From positions 1,760,001 through 1,824,000 of the forward strand of contig OZ245040.1 in NCBI GenBank assembly GCA_965224195.1: a stretch of DNA of 64,000 nucleotides, written 5' to 3'. This DNA is from Nitrosopumilus sp. GTDB taxonomy: Archaea; Thermoproteota; Nitrososphaeria; Nitrososphaerales; Nitrosopumilaceae. Below are positions 21,140 through 31,140 of this stretch, piece after piece. A model generated the notes under the pieces. The model saw nothing but the letters and a program-made list of their open reading frames with translations, ran no database searches and was not told the DNA's origin. Position numbers and translations under genes: made by a program. Position 1 is the first letter of the stretch; each line of letters starts with the position of its first letter.

Positions 21140-21823
21140 TTATTCGTAATTTGCAGCTCTTTGTACTTGGAATTTCTTTCTGAATAGAAAAGCTGCAATC
21201 ATAGTCCCAACATATGGTGCAGTCCAATAGAGCCATAGATTCTCAAAGGTTCCAGACAACAATGCAGGGGCCAATGCTCTAGCAGGATTCATTGACGCTC
21301 CAGAAATAAAAGCCAAAAACAAAATATCCAATCCAACAATTCCTCCAATTGCAACTCCACTGAATCCTCTAAGACCTTTTGTGTATACAACATAGAAAAT
21401 GACACCCATAAGCATTGCAGAAGCCAAAACTTCAACTGGAAAAATTACAAATATTGAAAAATCAAGATTTGGTGCATTCACTCCAAGATTCACTTTTTCT
21501 CCAATGAAAGATAAAACAAAAAGAGAACCTAATACTGCACCAATTATTTCTGCTGCAAAATAATACACAACTTGAATTTTTGATATATGTCCTGTAATGT
21601 AATAACCAATAGTTACTGCAGGGTTAAAATGTGCAAGGGATATTTTTCCAAAAGAGTAGACACCAATTAGTAGTGCAATAAATGGTGCTACAGCTGCAAA
21701 TGGAATTCCTAATTGTCCATCAAAGACTTCAGCGTCATAAACTATTGAACCAGTTGCAAAAACTACAAGAATAAATGTTCCAACTAGTTCAACTGTAAAA
21801 ATCTGTAAATTTGAATAGGCCAT
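21140..21823 (-). CDS. MIP/aquaporin-family channel (probable arsenite channel)
   Basis: Two NPA boxes ('HFNPAV', 'SMNPAR'); coupled to arsC. Confidence 0.92.
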   Translation of the reverse strand: MAYSNLQIFTVELVGTFILVVFATGSIVYDAEVFDGQLGIPFAAVAPFIALLIGVYSFGKISLAHFNPAVTIGYYITGHISKIQVVYYFAAEIIGAVLGSLFVLSFIGEKVNLGVNAPNLDFSIFVIFPVEVLASAMLMGVIFYVVYTKGLRGFSGVAIGGIVGLDILFLAFISGASMNPARALAPALLSGTFENLWLYWTAPYVGTMIAAFLFRKKFQVQRAANYE

Positions 21824-22230
21824 TAGTTATTTCCATCAAAAGATTGAATAAGATTCATTACTTCAAATTTTATTTTATCACGAATTATTCTAACATCATC
21901 AAGTGATTTCTCTTTTGGATCAGAAATACTCCAATCAATAACATCTTTAACAAATAAAGAAGGGCATGATTCTTTGTCCATACACCCCATGTTTACAGTT
22001 TTAAAAGAATTATCAATCATTGAATCAGATAATAGTTTTGGTTGTTGATTTTTCATATCAATACCAACTTCTTTCATTACCTGAATTACAATTGGATTGA
22101 GTTGGGAGGATGGTATTGTACCTGCACTAGAAACGTTGAAATGATTTGAAGTAAATTTTCTAAAAAAAGCCTCAGCCATTTGGCTTCTACCCGCATTTTC
22201 TACGCACACAAAGAGGATATTTTTAGTCAT
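21823..22230 (-). CDS. arsC: Arsenate reductase, LMW-PTP type
   Basis: 'CVENAGRSQMAE' P-loop, 'MGC...CP', 'DWSISDP'. Confidence 0.9.
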   Translation of the reverse strand: MTKNILFVCVENAGRSQMAEAFFRKFTSNHFNVSSAGTIPSSQLNPIVIQVMKEVGIDMKNQQPKLLSDSMIDNSFKTVNMGCMDKESCPSLFVKDVIDWSISDPKEKSLDDVRIIRDKIKFEVMNLIQSFDGNN

Positions 22231-22257
22231 TCTTCATTATCACATAAATACCAGTTT

Positions 22258-22277
22258 ATATAAATTTGAATTGATAT
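22258..22277. promoter_or_regulatory. Imperfect inverted repeat, probable ArsR operator
   Basis: ATATAAAT-TTGA-ATTGATAT overlapping the TATA box and start of arsR in the divergent promoter. Confidence 0.45.
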
Positions 22278-22575
22278 GAATGGCGTCAGTCTCTTAAAAT
22301 GTATTTGTGATGAGACACGTTTTGAAATTTTAGAATTATTGCAAAAAAATAAAGAACTATGTGTAAATGATTTTGTAGAAAAATTAGAAAAAGATCAACC
22401 ACTAGTCTCACATCATCTAAAAACACTAAAAAAATGTGGAATAGTCAAATCAAGAGACGAAGGTAAAAAAGCAATGTACACAATTTCAAACAATCAACTA
22501 TCAGAATTGATTTCAATTGTTACTAAAACAAGCAAAAAAATCCCAGTTTTATGTTCAGATGGTAATTGCTGTTAA
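22276..22575 (+). CDS. arsR: ArsR/SmtB-family transcriptional regulator
   Basis: 'ELCVND', 'QPLVSHHLKTL'; C-terminal C-x4-CC; divergent from arsC. Confidence 0.88.
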   Translation: MNGVSLLKCICDETRFEILELLQKNKELCVNDFVEKLEKDQPLVSHHLKTLKKCGIVKSRDEGKKAMYTISNNQLSELISIVTKTSKKIPVLCSDGNCC

Positions 22576-22880
22576 AATTTTTCAGTTCGTACTACGCCAA
22601 CATCACTAACATAGAGAACAATTGCAAAATTTGCAAATAATGTTCTTGAAATTTCTTCTACAACATCTTGTAATTTTTCTTCACGCATAATAACTTCAAC
22701 TTTAACATTTTTTTCAGTTTTTAATCCTTGTCCACGAATTCCACATGCACCATTCCCATCAACCTCATAAGTTGTATATCCAGTGATATCATGTTTGGCT
22801 AAAATTTCAATGATGTTCTTTTGAGCAAGAATCTCACAAGTAATTGTAAGTAATTTTACGTTGTATAATTTCATATCCAA
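22572..22880 (-). CDS. sbtB: PII-like regulator SbtB
   Basis: 'KLLTITCE', 'GYT...V.G.G..G.R', 'NVKVEVI', C-terminal 'VVRTEKF'; follows sbtA. Confidence 0.85.
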   Translation of the reverse strand: MDMKLYNVKLLTITCEILAQKNIIEILAKHDITGYTTYEVDGNGACGIRGQGLKTEKNVKVEVIMREEKLQDVVEEISRTLFANFAIVLYVSDVGVVRTEKF

Positions 22881-23956
22881 TCCTTTGTGAGATAATGGAA
22901 TAAGTCTATCGATCCTTCTCCGTTATGTACAATTGTCGAGATGGCAAACATGATAGGAAGTAAGACTATGATATTGTAGGGAAATGTAATTCCTAAAGCA
23001 GATGTGATGTAAAGACTTGGTTTTGCTTGTGGAATTGAATGACGTAACACTGCAGGTGCTGCAATAAATGAAGCACTAGCCAAAAGTAAACCAAACATTA
23101 CTGCCCCACCTAGGCTCAATCCCATGGCAGTTGCCACCAATACACCAACTATTCCATTGAATGTTGGCATAATTATTGCAAATATAGTAAGAAAAATTCC
23201 GACTTTTTTGATATCATCTAATCTTTGACCTGCAATGATTCCCATCTCAATCATAAAAATTACAATTGCACCAGTAAACATTTCATCAAAGACAATTCTA
23301 ATTGAGCTAAACCCATCTTCTCCAATAATATAACCAATAACTATACTTCCTAAGAGAATTACAATTGCTTTACCAGTTATTGAATCATGTAATACATGAG
23401 AGAGTTTTGTTTTTGTTTCTTGAATACCCATATCAAGATCTGATGTATCACCTTTAGAAACAGATTCTTTTTTCTGTCTAATTTGTTTTGAAACTGCCAT
23501 GTTTGTCAAAAATATCGCCATAATGAAAGCAACAGGTTCTAAAACGGCTAAAATTGCTGCAAGATATCCTTCAGAAGTTACACCTTGATTCTTTAAGAAT
23601 GACAACCCAACCGAAAATGTAACTGCACCTACTGCTCCATATGTAGATGCTAATGCATATGAATCAAAAATATTAAACTTTCCTAATCTTCGTAAAATTT
23701 GATAATGATTTAATGTAAACAGCAAAGACAACCCAATTGCAACTAACATTGGAATCAACATATTTTCAAATCCAGTATTTCTCATCTCTATTCCACCATG
23801 AAGACCAATTGCTGCAAGAAGATAGATTGGCAAAAATTCAGAAATTGCTTCTGGGATTTTTAAATCAGATTTTATTCTAGCTGCAATAATTCCAAATAAG
23901 AAAAAGAGGATTATTGGAGTAAGTAAATTAGATTGTATTAATTGTAAAATGTCCAT
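22871..23956 (-). CDS. sbtA: Sodium-dependent bicarbonate transporter SbtA
   Basis: 'KSDLKIPEAI', 'YLLAAIGLHGG', 'YGAVGAVTF', 'ASASFIAAPA', 'LGITFPYNI'. Confidence 0.92.
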   Translation of the reverse strand: MDILQLIQSNLLTPIILFFLFGIIAARIKSDLKIPEAISEFLPIYLLAAIGLHGGIEMRNTGFENMLIPMLVAIGLSLLFTLNHYQILRRLGKFNIFDSYALASTYGAVGAVTFSVGLSFLKNQGVTSEGYLAAILAVLEPVAFIMAIFLTNMAVSKQIRQKKESVSKGDTSDLDMGIQETKTKLSHVLHDSITGKAIVILLGSIVIGYIIGEDGFSSIRIVFDEMFTGAIVIFMIEMGIIAGQRLDDIKKVGIFLTIFAIIMPTFNGIVGVLVATAMGLSLGGAVMFGLLLASASFIAAPAVLRHSIPQAKPSLYITSALGITFPYNIIVLLPIMFAISTIVHNGEGSIDLFHYLTKDWI

Positions 23957-24009
23957 TTGAATATTTCAAAAAAATTTTGCTGAAATAAAAACCAAGGTAT
24001 TATTGAAAA

Positions 24010-24996
24010 TCAAACAAACAGGTGAATCAGATATGTAAATCCAATTCCCATGGCAGCACTGCCAGGAATAGTTATAATCCATGAAAATACAATTTGCCTA
24101 CTAACTTTCCATCTTACTGCACGTTTCCTACGAGATGCACCTGCACCCATGATAGTTCCTGTAATTGCGTGCGTGGTACTAGCAGGAATACCAAATATTG
24201 CAAATACTGCAAGCATCAATCCACCGCTAGTTTCTGCTGCAAATCCCTGGTACGGCTTGAGTTTTGTGATTTTGACTCCAAGTGTTTTGATAACTTTGTA
24301 TCCCCCAAAGAAAGTACCCAATCCCATGGCAGTTGCTGCAGCAAAGATCACCCATAAGGGCATCTCAAGTTCAGGAATCATTCCTGCTGAAAATAAAATT
24401 AAAACAATAATACCCATTGTTTTTTGTCCATCATTTGCTCCATGGGTTAATGCAAACCAAGCTGATGAGATAATTTGTAATTTACCAAATGTTTTGTTCA
24501 CAGGTCCAGGTTTGTATTTTGCAAAGACTGTAATTATCAAAGTAGTTAGCAAAAGACCAAATATTATACCACCAATAGGCGCAACTACAATTCCTGCAAA
24601 GACTTTGGTTAAACCACCATAAACTAATTTCTCAAATCCTAATCCTGCAATACCTGCACCCATAATCCCTCCAACCAAAGAATGACTGTTTGAAATTGGT
24701 AATCCAAAATAAGTACATAGAGTACTCCATCCAATAGCACCTGCCAACCCACCAATTATCATGTAAACAGTAATGTCATCAGGGCTGACAATTCCTTTGG
24801 CAATAGTGGTTGCTACTGCAACACCAAAAACAAATGGCCCAATGAAATTCATTGCAGCTGATAAACCTACAGCATGGATTGGTTTTAGAACACGAGTTCC
24901 AATAACTGTGGCAACAGAATTTGCTGAATCATTAAACCCATTTACAAAATCAAAGATTAATGCTACAATAATTGCACCTATTGCTATTTCTAACAT
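24010..24996 (-). CDS. pit: PiT-family inorganic phosphate transporter
   Basis: 'NGFNDSANSVAT', 'HGANDGQK', 'PASTTH'. Confidence 0.94.
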   Translation of the reverse strand: MLEIAIGAIIVALIFDFVNGFNDSANSVATVIGTRVLKPIHAVGLSAAMNFIGPFVFGVAVATTIAKGIVSPDDITVYMIIGGLAGAIGWSTLCTYFGLPISNSHSLVGGIMGAGIAGLGFEKLVYGGLTKVFAGIVVAPIGGIIFGLLLTTLIITVFAKYKPGPVNKTFGKLQIISSAWFALTHGANDGQKTMGIIVLILFSAGMIPELEMPLWVIFAAATAMGLGTFFGGYKVIKTLGVKITKLKPYQGFAAETSGGLMLAVFAIFGIPASTTHAITGTIMGAGASRRKRAVRWKVSRQIVFSWIITIPGSAAMGIGFTYLIHLFV

Positions 24997-25005
24997 TTAA
25001 TCATC

Positions 25006-25635
25006 TCATGTGTATTTTAAAACGATATCTTCAATGACATCTGCAACATCAACACATCTATCAGATGCAGTCTCCATTGTTTCATAGATATCTTTTAGTT
25101 TGATGATTTTAATTGCATCTTCAGATTCAAAAAGTTCTTTGATGGCTTCTCGATACAAATCATCAACTGTGTGCTCTATATCACCAGTATTTCTACAATG
25201 TTGAATCATATCTTTTGGATTTTTGATACGCTGTAATTTTGAAATCATATATTCTACTTCTTTTGTAGCTTTGACTAATTCATTAGCCATCTCTACAGTG
25301 TATGGTGGAGGAGTAGTGATTTTGTAGCTGTAAACTCTTGCTGCAATTCCATCCATGAAATCAATTACATCATCAATTTTTGATGCAATTCTCTGCATAT
25401 CCTCACGATCTAGAGGAGTGATGAAGGTCTTGTTTAGTTCAGAAAATATATCACGTGTTAAGACATCAGCCTCAGTTTCAAGTTCATGAATCTTTTTTGC
25501 TTGTTCAACATTAGTAAGATCATCAAATAAAACCACTACGGCTTCAGAAGTTTCAACTGCTTTTTTTGCTAAATTATCAAGAATTGTTAAGAGTTCTTTT
25601 TCATTGGATTTTAACCAAGATAACCATTGTACCAT
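25006..25635 (-). CDS. DUF47/PhoU-like phosphate transport regulator
   Basis: 'ETEAD', 'TFITPLDREDM', 'DRCVDVAD'; upstream of pit. Confidence 0.9.
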   Translation of the reverse strand: MVQWLSWLKSNEKELLTILDNLAKKAVETSEAVVVLFDDLTNVEQAKKIHELETEADVLTRDIFSELNKTFITPLDREDMQRIASKIDDVIDFMDGIAARVYSYKITTPPPYTVEMANELVKATKEVEYMISKLQRIKNPKDMIQHCRNTGDIEHTVDDLYREAIKELFESEDAIKIIKLKDIYETMETASDRCVDVADVIEDIVLKYT

Positions 25636-25746
25636 GATTCATTGAATGTATTTTGTAATATAGTCCTAGCCAACATACAGTCTATTGTTCTATATAGTAA
25701 CAGGATCAATTACATATTTTATTTTGATCGGGTATAGAAATAATTT

Positions 25747-27315
25747 TTATTCTTCACAATTGATCAATAGATCTTTGATTGAATCAATATAACATCTATC
25801 AGAATAAGAACCACCATCAATTACATCTGAACCAGAATTGGCATAAATTAAATCACTACCAGATTGACCCTTTAGAATATCATTCCCAGAATTACCTTTG
25901 ATTGTATCATTTCCATCATCTCCAGAAATAATATCATCTCCAGCACCACCAAAAATACAATCATTTCCTAGTCCTCCAGAGATTAGATCATTTCCACCCA
26001 ATCCAAATATTAGATCATCCCCATCAGTTCCAGAAATAACATCATCTTCAGAAGTTCCTTCTATGAGATTATAATCAGAATAACTATGTCCACATGCATT
26101 AACAGTAATTCTTTGAGTGTCAGTTGAACTATGTCCAGCGTTATCAAAAGCAATCCAAATTAGATTTGTGATGCCTGGTTTGAATGCATCAGGAGCATTG
26201 TTTATGATAATTTTAATTCCACTTGCATCAGTAGCATTTGCATTTCCAACAAATACATCAGTTAGCATATCTTCAGCCTCTACAACAATTGAATCAGGGG
26301 CAATGATTATAGGCTTTATTTGATCTCCAGACGAAGGTCTTGTTTCAGCAGGGACAACAAAATAAGATTCTACAGGACTTTCAAAAAAGGTTGTTTCAAA
26401 TGATTTTATTGAATGGGTTGGAGAATCTACAACTAGTAATTCACCATTTATTCCAATTACCATGTCAGTGATTTCTTTAAAAGAATCAAGATAAGGGCCA
26501 TTTTGATCAGATAAGCTGAGTCGTAAATTAGAATTTTGAGATAAATGTAAAATTTTGTTAGTGTAAGAATTTACAACCAACATATCGCCATTAGGATCAA
26601 TCACTAATGCTTCAGGTGAGAAAACATAACTTGGAAAGTAAAAAGAAAATGATTGTAGTAATTCACCGTCTGCAGAAAATTTCTCAATTTTTCCATTTCC
26701 TTTATCAGTGACAAAAATATTTCCATATTCATCTGCAGCAATTCCAGAAACATTAAGGAATTGCCCAGGACCTAAACCACTAGAACCAAATGATGAGATA
26801 AATTTACCATCAGTAGAAAAAACTTGAATCCTTTGATTTCCCGTATCAACTACATACAAAAGTCCATTGCTTAGAGTTATTCCATTAGGATAGAAAAATT
26901 GTCCTTCAGCAGTTCCTTTTTTACCCCATGTTGTAATAAATTCACCATCCAAAGAAAATTTTTGAATTCTATTTAGATCACGGTCTACAACAAAAACTGA
27001 ATCGTCACTTACGGCAATTCCAGTAGGATTATAAAAATCTCCTAATTGCTTTCCGCTGTTACCCCAATGAGACACATATTCCCCAGTACTAGAGAATTTT
27101 TGAATGCGTTTGTTACCAAAGTCACTAACATAGATACTGCCATTTTCGCCTACTGCAATGAATTGAGGAAAAGCAAAATGACTAGGTTCTGTAGGTCCAT
27201 ATTTTCCCCATTTGTATAATAAATCATAATCTCCAGATGCAAAAGATGTTTGTGCAAATGAACTAGTTAGTAATACTGCAAAAAGAATCATCAAGGTAAG
27301 AAATAGTTTCAACAA
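25747..27315 (-). CDS. Exported NHL-repeat beta-propeller protein with C-terminal RTX-like Ca-binding repeats
   Basis: Signal peptide; repeated 'GQF.YP.GI...YVVDTGNQRIQVF'; GGxGxDxI nonapeptides. Confidence 0.88.
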   Translation of the reverse strand: MLKLFLTLMILFAVLLTSSFAQTSFASGDYDLLYKWGKYGPTEPSHFAFPQFIAVGENGSIYVSDFGNKRIQKFSSTGEYVSHWGNSGKQLGDFYNPTGIAVSDDSVFVVDRDLNRIQKFSLDGEFITTWGKKGTAEGQFFYPNGITLSNGLLYVVDTGNQRIQVFSTDGKFISSFGSSGLGPGQFLNVSGIAADEYGNIFVTDKGNGKIEKFSADGELLQSFSFYFPSYVFSPEALVIDPNGDMLVVNSYTNKILHLSQNSNLRLSLSDQNGPYLDSFKEITDMVIGINGELLVVDSPTHSIKSFETTFFESPVESYFVVPAETRPSSGDQIKPIIIAPDSIVVEAEDMLTDVFVGNANATDASGIKIIINNAPDAFKPGITNLIWIAFDNAGHSSTDTQRITVNACGHSYSDYNLIEGTSEDDVISGTDGDDLIFGLGGNDLISGGLGNDCIFGGAGDDIISGDDGNDTIKGNSGNDILKGQSGSDLIYANSGSDVIDGGSYSDRCYIDSIKDLLINCEE

Positions 27316-27383
27316 TCAGTCATTACAAAATATGAGAAACATAACCAGAGTTAGATTATGTTGCAATTATTGTCAATTTTTTG

Positions 27384-28169
27384 TCAAAATGGCTTATTCA
27401 CTTCACGCGTAAACACATAGCTTGCAAGTGCCACCATTGCAAGAACAAATGCAATTAAAACTCCTAGGCTCAAAATTATTGGAATACCACCCTCAGAAAC
27501 TCCCGTCATTAACTCTCTTACCAGTAAAACTGTGTATGTTACAGGATTTAGTTTTGCAATTACTGCAAGCCAATCAGGAAGTAACTCTAATGGGAATAAT
27601 GCAGGACTGAGCATGAATAATGGCATTCCAAGAAAATTAATCATGCCCCAAAAAGTTTCTTGGGACTTTGCAGTAGCTGCAATCATTACAGATATCCCTG
27701 AAAATCCTAAAGAAAATAAAATAACTATCGCCATTATTGGCACAATCATTATCGGATTAGGGAAATTAACACCGATAGCTAAAGCAATCCCTATAATCAA
27801 ACTAGCTTGCAATGCAGCAATCAAAGAGATTGCAGACATTTTTCCCAATGCAATTGCAGAACGGGAAATTGGAGAAGACAGAGCCTTGTTCATAAAACCA
27901 TACCGTCTATCCCACAAAGTATTGACACCACCAAAAATACTTGTAAAAATTGCAGTGAGGATTATGACACCAGGGGCCATAAATTCAATATATTCACCTT
28001 CAAATCCAACTGATTGAATTAATGGTTGTGTTCCAGAAAAGGTATTTCCAATTACTATAATCCAAATTGCAGGTTGGATTAAACGAATTAAAACGCCACT
28101 GCGGGATTTTTTGTATCTCTTTAACTCTCTCCAAAAAATTGTATAGGTATCATAAAATAAATTATTCAT
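27384..28169 (-). CDS. ABC-2 type transporter permease
   Basis: Six TM helices, 'FMAPG', 'DRRYG', 'LSPALFP', 'NPVTY'. Confidence 0.92.
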   Translation of the reverse strand: MNNLFYDTYTIFWRELKRYKKSRSGVLIRLIQPAIWIIVIGNTFSGTQPLIQSVGFEGEYIEFMAPGVIILTAIFTSIFGGVNTLWDRRYGFMNKALSSPISRSAIALGKMSAISLIAALQASLIIGIALAIGVNFPNPIMIVPIMAIVILFSLGFSGISVMIAATAKSQETFWGMINFLGMPLFMLSPALFPLELLPDWLAVIAKLNPVTYTVLLVRELMTGVSEGGIPIILSLGVLIAFVLAMVALASYVFTREVNKPF

Positions 28170-29185
28170 GCACGTAACCTCTTCATTTTTGCATGTTCAC
28201 GTTTTCTATTAAATCCAGAATCATCACCTTTAATTTCATGTCCAGTGTATGAGATGAAAACATCATCAAGTGTTGGTTGTGTTAGAGATATTGATTTTAT
28301 CTTAATATCAAGTTCTGATGAGATTTGAAAAATTTTAGGAATTACTTCAGTACCATTTGATGCAAAAAGAGTAAGTTTAGAACCATCTTCATTAATCTTT
28401 TTTACAAATTCAATTTTTCTAATTTTAGATAAGAAAGTTTCATGATCCCCTCCTTCATTAATCATAATAGAAATTACTTCATTGCCCATTGCGTTTTTCA
28501 TATTTTCTGGAGAATCAACCGCCTGGATTTTACCACCGTCAATGATTCCTACTCTATCACATAATTGGTCAGCCTCCTCCATATAGTGAGTAGAAACAAA
28601 AATAGTCATGTCAAATTCAATGTGAATTTTTTTGATATATTCCCAAATTTTCCTACGAGTTTGAATATCTAATCCGACTGTAAGCTCATCTAGAAATAAC
28701 ACTTTAGGTCTATGCAGTAATCCCCCTGCAATATCTAATCTTTTTCTCATTCCACCAGAATAAGTTACAACCGCCTGATCTTGTTTGTCAACAAGTTCGA
28801 TTAATTCTAAAACATCATCAATCCGTTTGTTGATTTCATTTCTTGGAATGTGATTTAATTTTGCTTGTAACAAAAGATTTTCTCGTCCTGTGAGATATTC
28901 ATCGACTGTAGATTCTTGTTGAACATAACCAATATTTTCTCTAACTTTTTTGGGATTTGCAGTTACATCAAATCCTGAAATTAATGCTTCTCCAGATGTA
29001 GATTTGAGTAAAGTGGTCAAAATCATCATGGCGGTACTTTTACCAGCACCATTTGGTCCAAGAAATCCAAAGATTTCTCCTTTTTCAACTGAAAATGAAA
29101 TATCATTTACTGCAATGGTATCACCAAATGACTTAGTAAGAGATTTTGTCTCTATAGAATACATCACATTGATCGCAGTTATCAA
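28166..29185 (-). CDS. ABC transporter ATP-binding protein (DrrA-like); likely start 29164
   Basis: Walker A 'GPNGAGKS', signature 'YSGGM', Walker B 'LFLDE', H-loop 'STHYMEEA'. Confidence 0.93.
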   Translation of the reverse strand: MITAINVMYSIETKSLTKSFGDTIAVNDISFSVEKGEIFGFLGPNGAGKSTAMMILTTLLKSTSGEALISGFDVTANPKKVRENIGYVQQESTVDEYLTGRENLLLQAKLNHIPRNEINKRIDDVLELIELVDKQDQAVVTYSGGMRKRLDIAGGLLHRPKVLFLDELTVGLDIQTRRKIWEYIKKIHIEFDMTIFVSTHYMEEADQLCDRVGIIDGGKIQAVDSPENMKNAMGNEVISIMINEGGDHETFLSKIRKIEFVKKINEDGSKLTLFASNGTEVIPKIFQISSELDIKIKSISLTQPTLDDVFISYTGHEIKGDDSGFNRKREHAKMKRLRA

Positions 29186-29256
29186 TTATAAATTGCTAAG
29201 TATTAGCTTAGCCGATCCTCATAAAAAATTTAAAGACCAAATAACGAATTCAAGAC

Positions 29257-29355
29257 ATGAAAGGATTATGTCAAAAATGCCACTCATCAAATGTTGAAGT
29301 TACAGTTCAAGAAGGAATTCCTGTTTGCGACGTCTGTATTAAAAAATCAGATTAA
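29257..29355 (+). CDS. 32-aa Cys4 zinc-finger micro-protein (not in ORF track)
   Basis: MKGLCQKCHSSNVEVTVQEGIPVCDVCIKKSD*; TATA-like TTTAAA ~25 nt upstream. Confidence 0.65.
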   Translation: MKGLCQKCHSSNVEVTVQEGIPVCDVCIKKSD

Positions 29356-29394
29356 ACAAAAGATGTTATTTTGAAAAAAGAAAATTAAAAGAAA

Positions 29395-29847
29395 TTATTC
29401 AAGATTCTTGAATTCTTCTTTAGTCATTCTTAAAATGACTTTTTCTCCTACACCCCAAATTTCAGATTTGGATAGGATTTTAGAATGCATGAAACCATCA
29501 GTGACTTCAATTGTTTCCAATTCATCTGTTTCTGAATTTTTATGCAATCGCTTTACTTTACCAATTTTGTGACCATCAATATCAGTTACAGGAATTCCAG
29601 TTCTCACAGGAGGTCTGCTAAGTAACAAAGTTTCCTCAGAAAACTTGTCAATATAATCCTCAGATAGAAAATAATCTCTATGAAATCCCTGGTGAATAGT
29701 CACACCATTAACAACTAGTGTGTCTTGGTTGATGTGAATATGTTTGACTTTGCCATATTGAATTCCTTCTCTATCAATGACTTTTTTTCCAGTAAATGTA
29801 TCTGCAGTTGCCAAATTGGTAGGCATTCCTTCAAGTTTTACGGACAT
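29395..29847 (-). CDS. Tandem PRC-barrel domain protein
   Basis: Two 'G..V.D..G...GKVK' repeats. Confidence 0.8.
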   Translation of the reverse strand: MSVKLEGMPTNLATADTFTGKKVIDREGIQYGKVKHIHINQDTLVVNGVTIHQGFHRDYFLSEDYIDKFSEETLLLSRPPVRTGIPVTDIDGHKIGKVKRLHKNSETDELETIEVTDGFMHSKILSKSEIWGVGEKVILRMTKEEFKNLE

Positions 29848-29935
29848 GCTAACAAATCAACAGGTTTACTTATCACACCGAATATCAGAAATTTCTATCA
29901 ATGGGGTTAAATTACTTGACAGAATAAAATTACGC

Positions 29936-30253
29936 ATGAGGATAAGCGAGGAATTATTCAGACCAATCCTAATTACAAAAGGGAGAAAAACAGGAAAAGA
30001 GCATGCTGTGATGCTCAGAGCAGTTAATCATAATGGGAAAATCTATTTTTCAAGACATAACCCAGATGGGGATTGGTTTCAAAACACATTGGTAAATCCA
30101 CTCGTCAAAATACAATATAACGATAATGTGTTCATTGGAAATGCAAAATTAGTTACAAATGAAACATTAAATGAAAAGATTTCTTTTCTAAAATATCCTG
30201 GAGAAGAAAGGGCTAAAGAAAAAAGAGTCGCAATTGAAGTTACGTTAAACTAG
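29936..30253 (+). CDS. Split-barrel flavin/F420-binding protein (DUF385/nitroreductase-like)
   Basis: 'LITKGRKTGKEH', 'DWFQN...NPLVKI'; ATG at 29936 avoids overlap with the opposite-strand gene. Confidence 0.75.
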   Translation: MRISEELFRPILITKGRKTGKEHAVMLRAVNHNGKIYFSRHNPDGDWFQNTLVNPLVKIQYNDNVFIGNAKLVTNETLNEKISFLKYPGEERAKEKRVAIEVTLN

Positions 30254-30992
30254 ATTTTCTAGATTTCCACAAATAGTATACTGTTAGTCCACCCAAAATA
30301 ATTGTAATTACAATAAAGGGTAAAAAGAAATCAGAGTTTACAGTCATCTCAGAATTGACTGCAGTATTTGCAACATCCATACTACGTTCTGCAACATCTT
30401 GGGAGTCAGATTCTGCAATCATTGGGGAAGATGCAGAAAATGAATCCATGGATTCATCACTTGGGATAGATTGTATACCTTTAGCAGATTCATCAATAGA
30501 AGAAATGCCACCATTCATTGTAAAATCATCTACACTGATGGTTTTGTTTTGAAATTGAGATAATGAAAGTAATCCAGAAACACCAGTGGCAATTCCAAGT
30601 CCTGCAATCTTGTAAATATGTCTAAATGAACGAACTAGTAATTTACTTTCTTTTGTTTTTTCAGATAAATTAGGTGGAACAATTACAATACTAAATTTTG
30701 ATGCAGTGTAAATTTTCATGTCTTGTGATTTTGAATTTTTTTCAATTTTGGATATTTTAACTACCCCAAGATGTTGCAATTTGTTAAGATGGTACTTTAC
30801 AAGTTGAAGAGACACATTACTTTTTTGCGCAATCTGAGATGCAGTTAATTCTTCATTGAACAATAATTGAAGTATTTCACGACTAGAATCATTTGTAAAT
30901 ATCTCACCAAAGGACTTTATCTGTTCATCATCTGTGGCAAGAATTTTGATATTTTCAATCAATTCATCATTTGGCAATTCATCAGTAGACAA
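30240..30992 (-). CDS. Membrane-anchored ArsR-like winged-helix regulator
   Basis: 'SREILQLL...TASQIA...SLQLVKYHLNKL'; two hydrophobic segments around an acidic Ser/Met-rich linker. Confidence 0.8.
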   Translation of the reverse strand: MSTDELPNDELIENIKILATDDEQIKSFGEIFTNDSSREILQLLFNEELTASQIAQKSNVSLQLVKYHLNKLQHLGVVKISKIEKNSKSQDMKIYTASKFSIVIVPPNLSEKTKESKLLVRSFRHIYKIAGLGIATGVSGLLSLSQFQNKTISVDDFTMNGGISSIDESAKGIQSIPSDESMDSFSASSPMIAESDSQDVAERSMDVANTAVNSEMTVNSDFFLPFIVITIILGGLTVYYLWKSRKSSLT

Positions 30993-31027
30993 TAGAGTAG
31001 ATTATCTAATTCTAGTATATGTAAATT

Positions 31028-31055
31028 GTTTGGTGAAATTTAAATTTCACTAAAC
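31028..31055. promoter_or_regulatory. 28-bp near-perfect palindrome (putative operator)
   Basis: GTTTG-GTGAAATTTAAATTTCAC-TAAAC; perfect 18-bp core 31033-31050 between divergent genes. Confidence 0.6.
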
Positions 31056-31140
31056 CTTTTATCATAAACTACAAAATAATAGTAATCACTAAATTGGAGT
31101 TTTCAAAAAAAAGAGGCATCCAACTAAATGAGGAGAAAAA

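Noticed and set aside
28660-28700. ABC ATPase 'DELT' instead of 'DEPT' as inactivation
   Set aside because: Walker A/B, catalytic Glu, signature and H-loop are intact; a single substitution is not enough evidence
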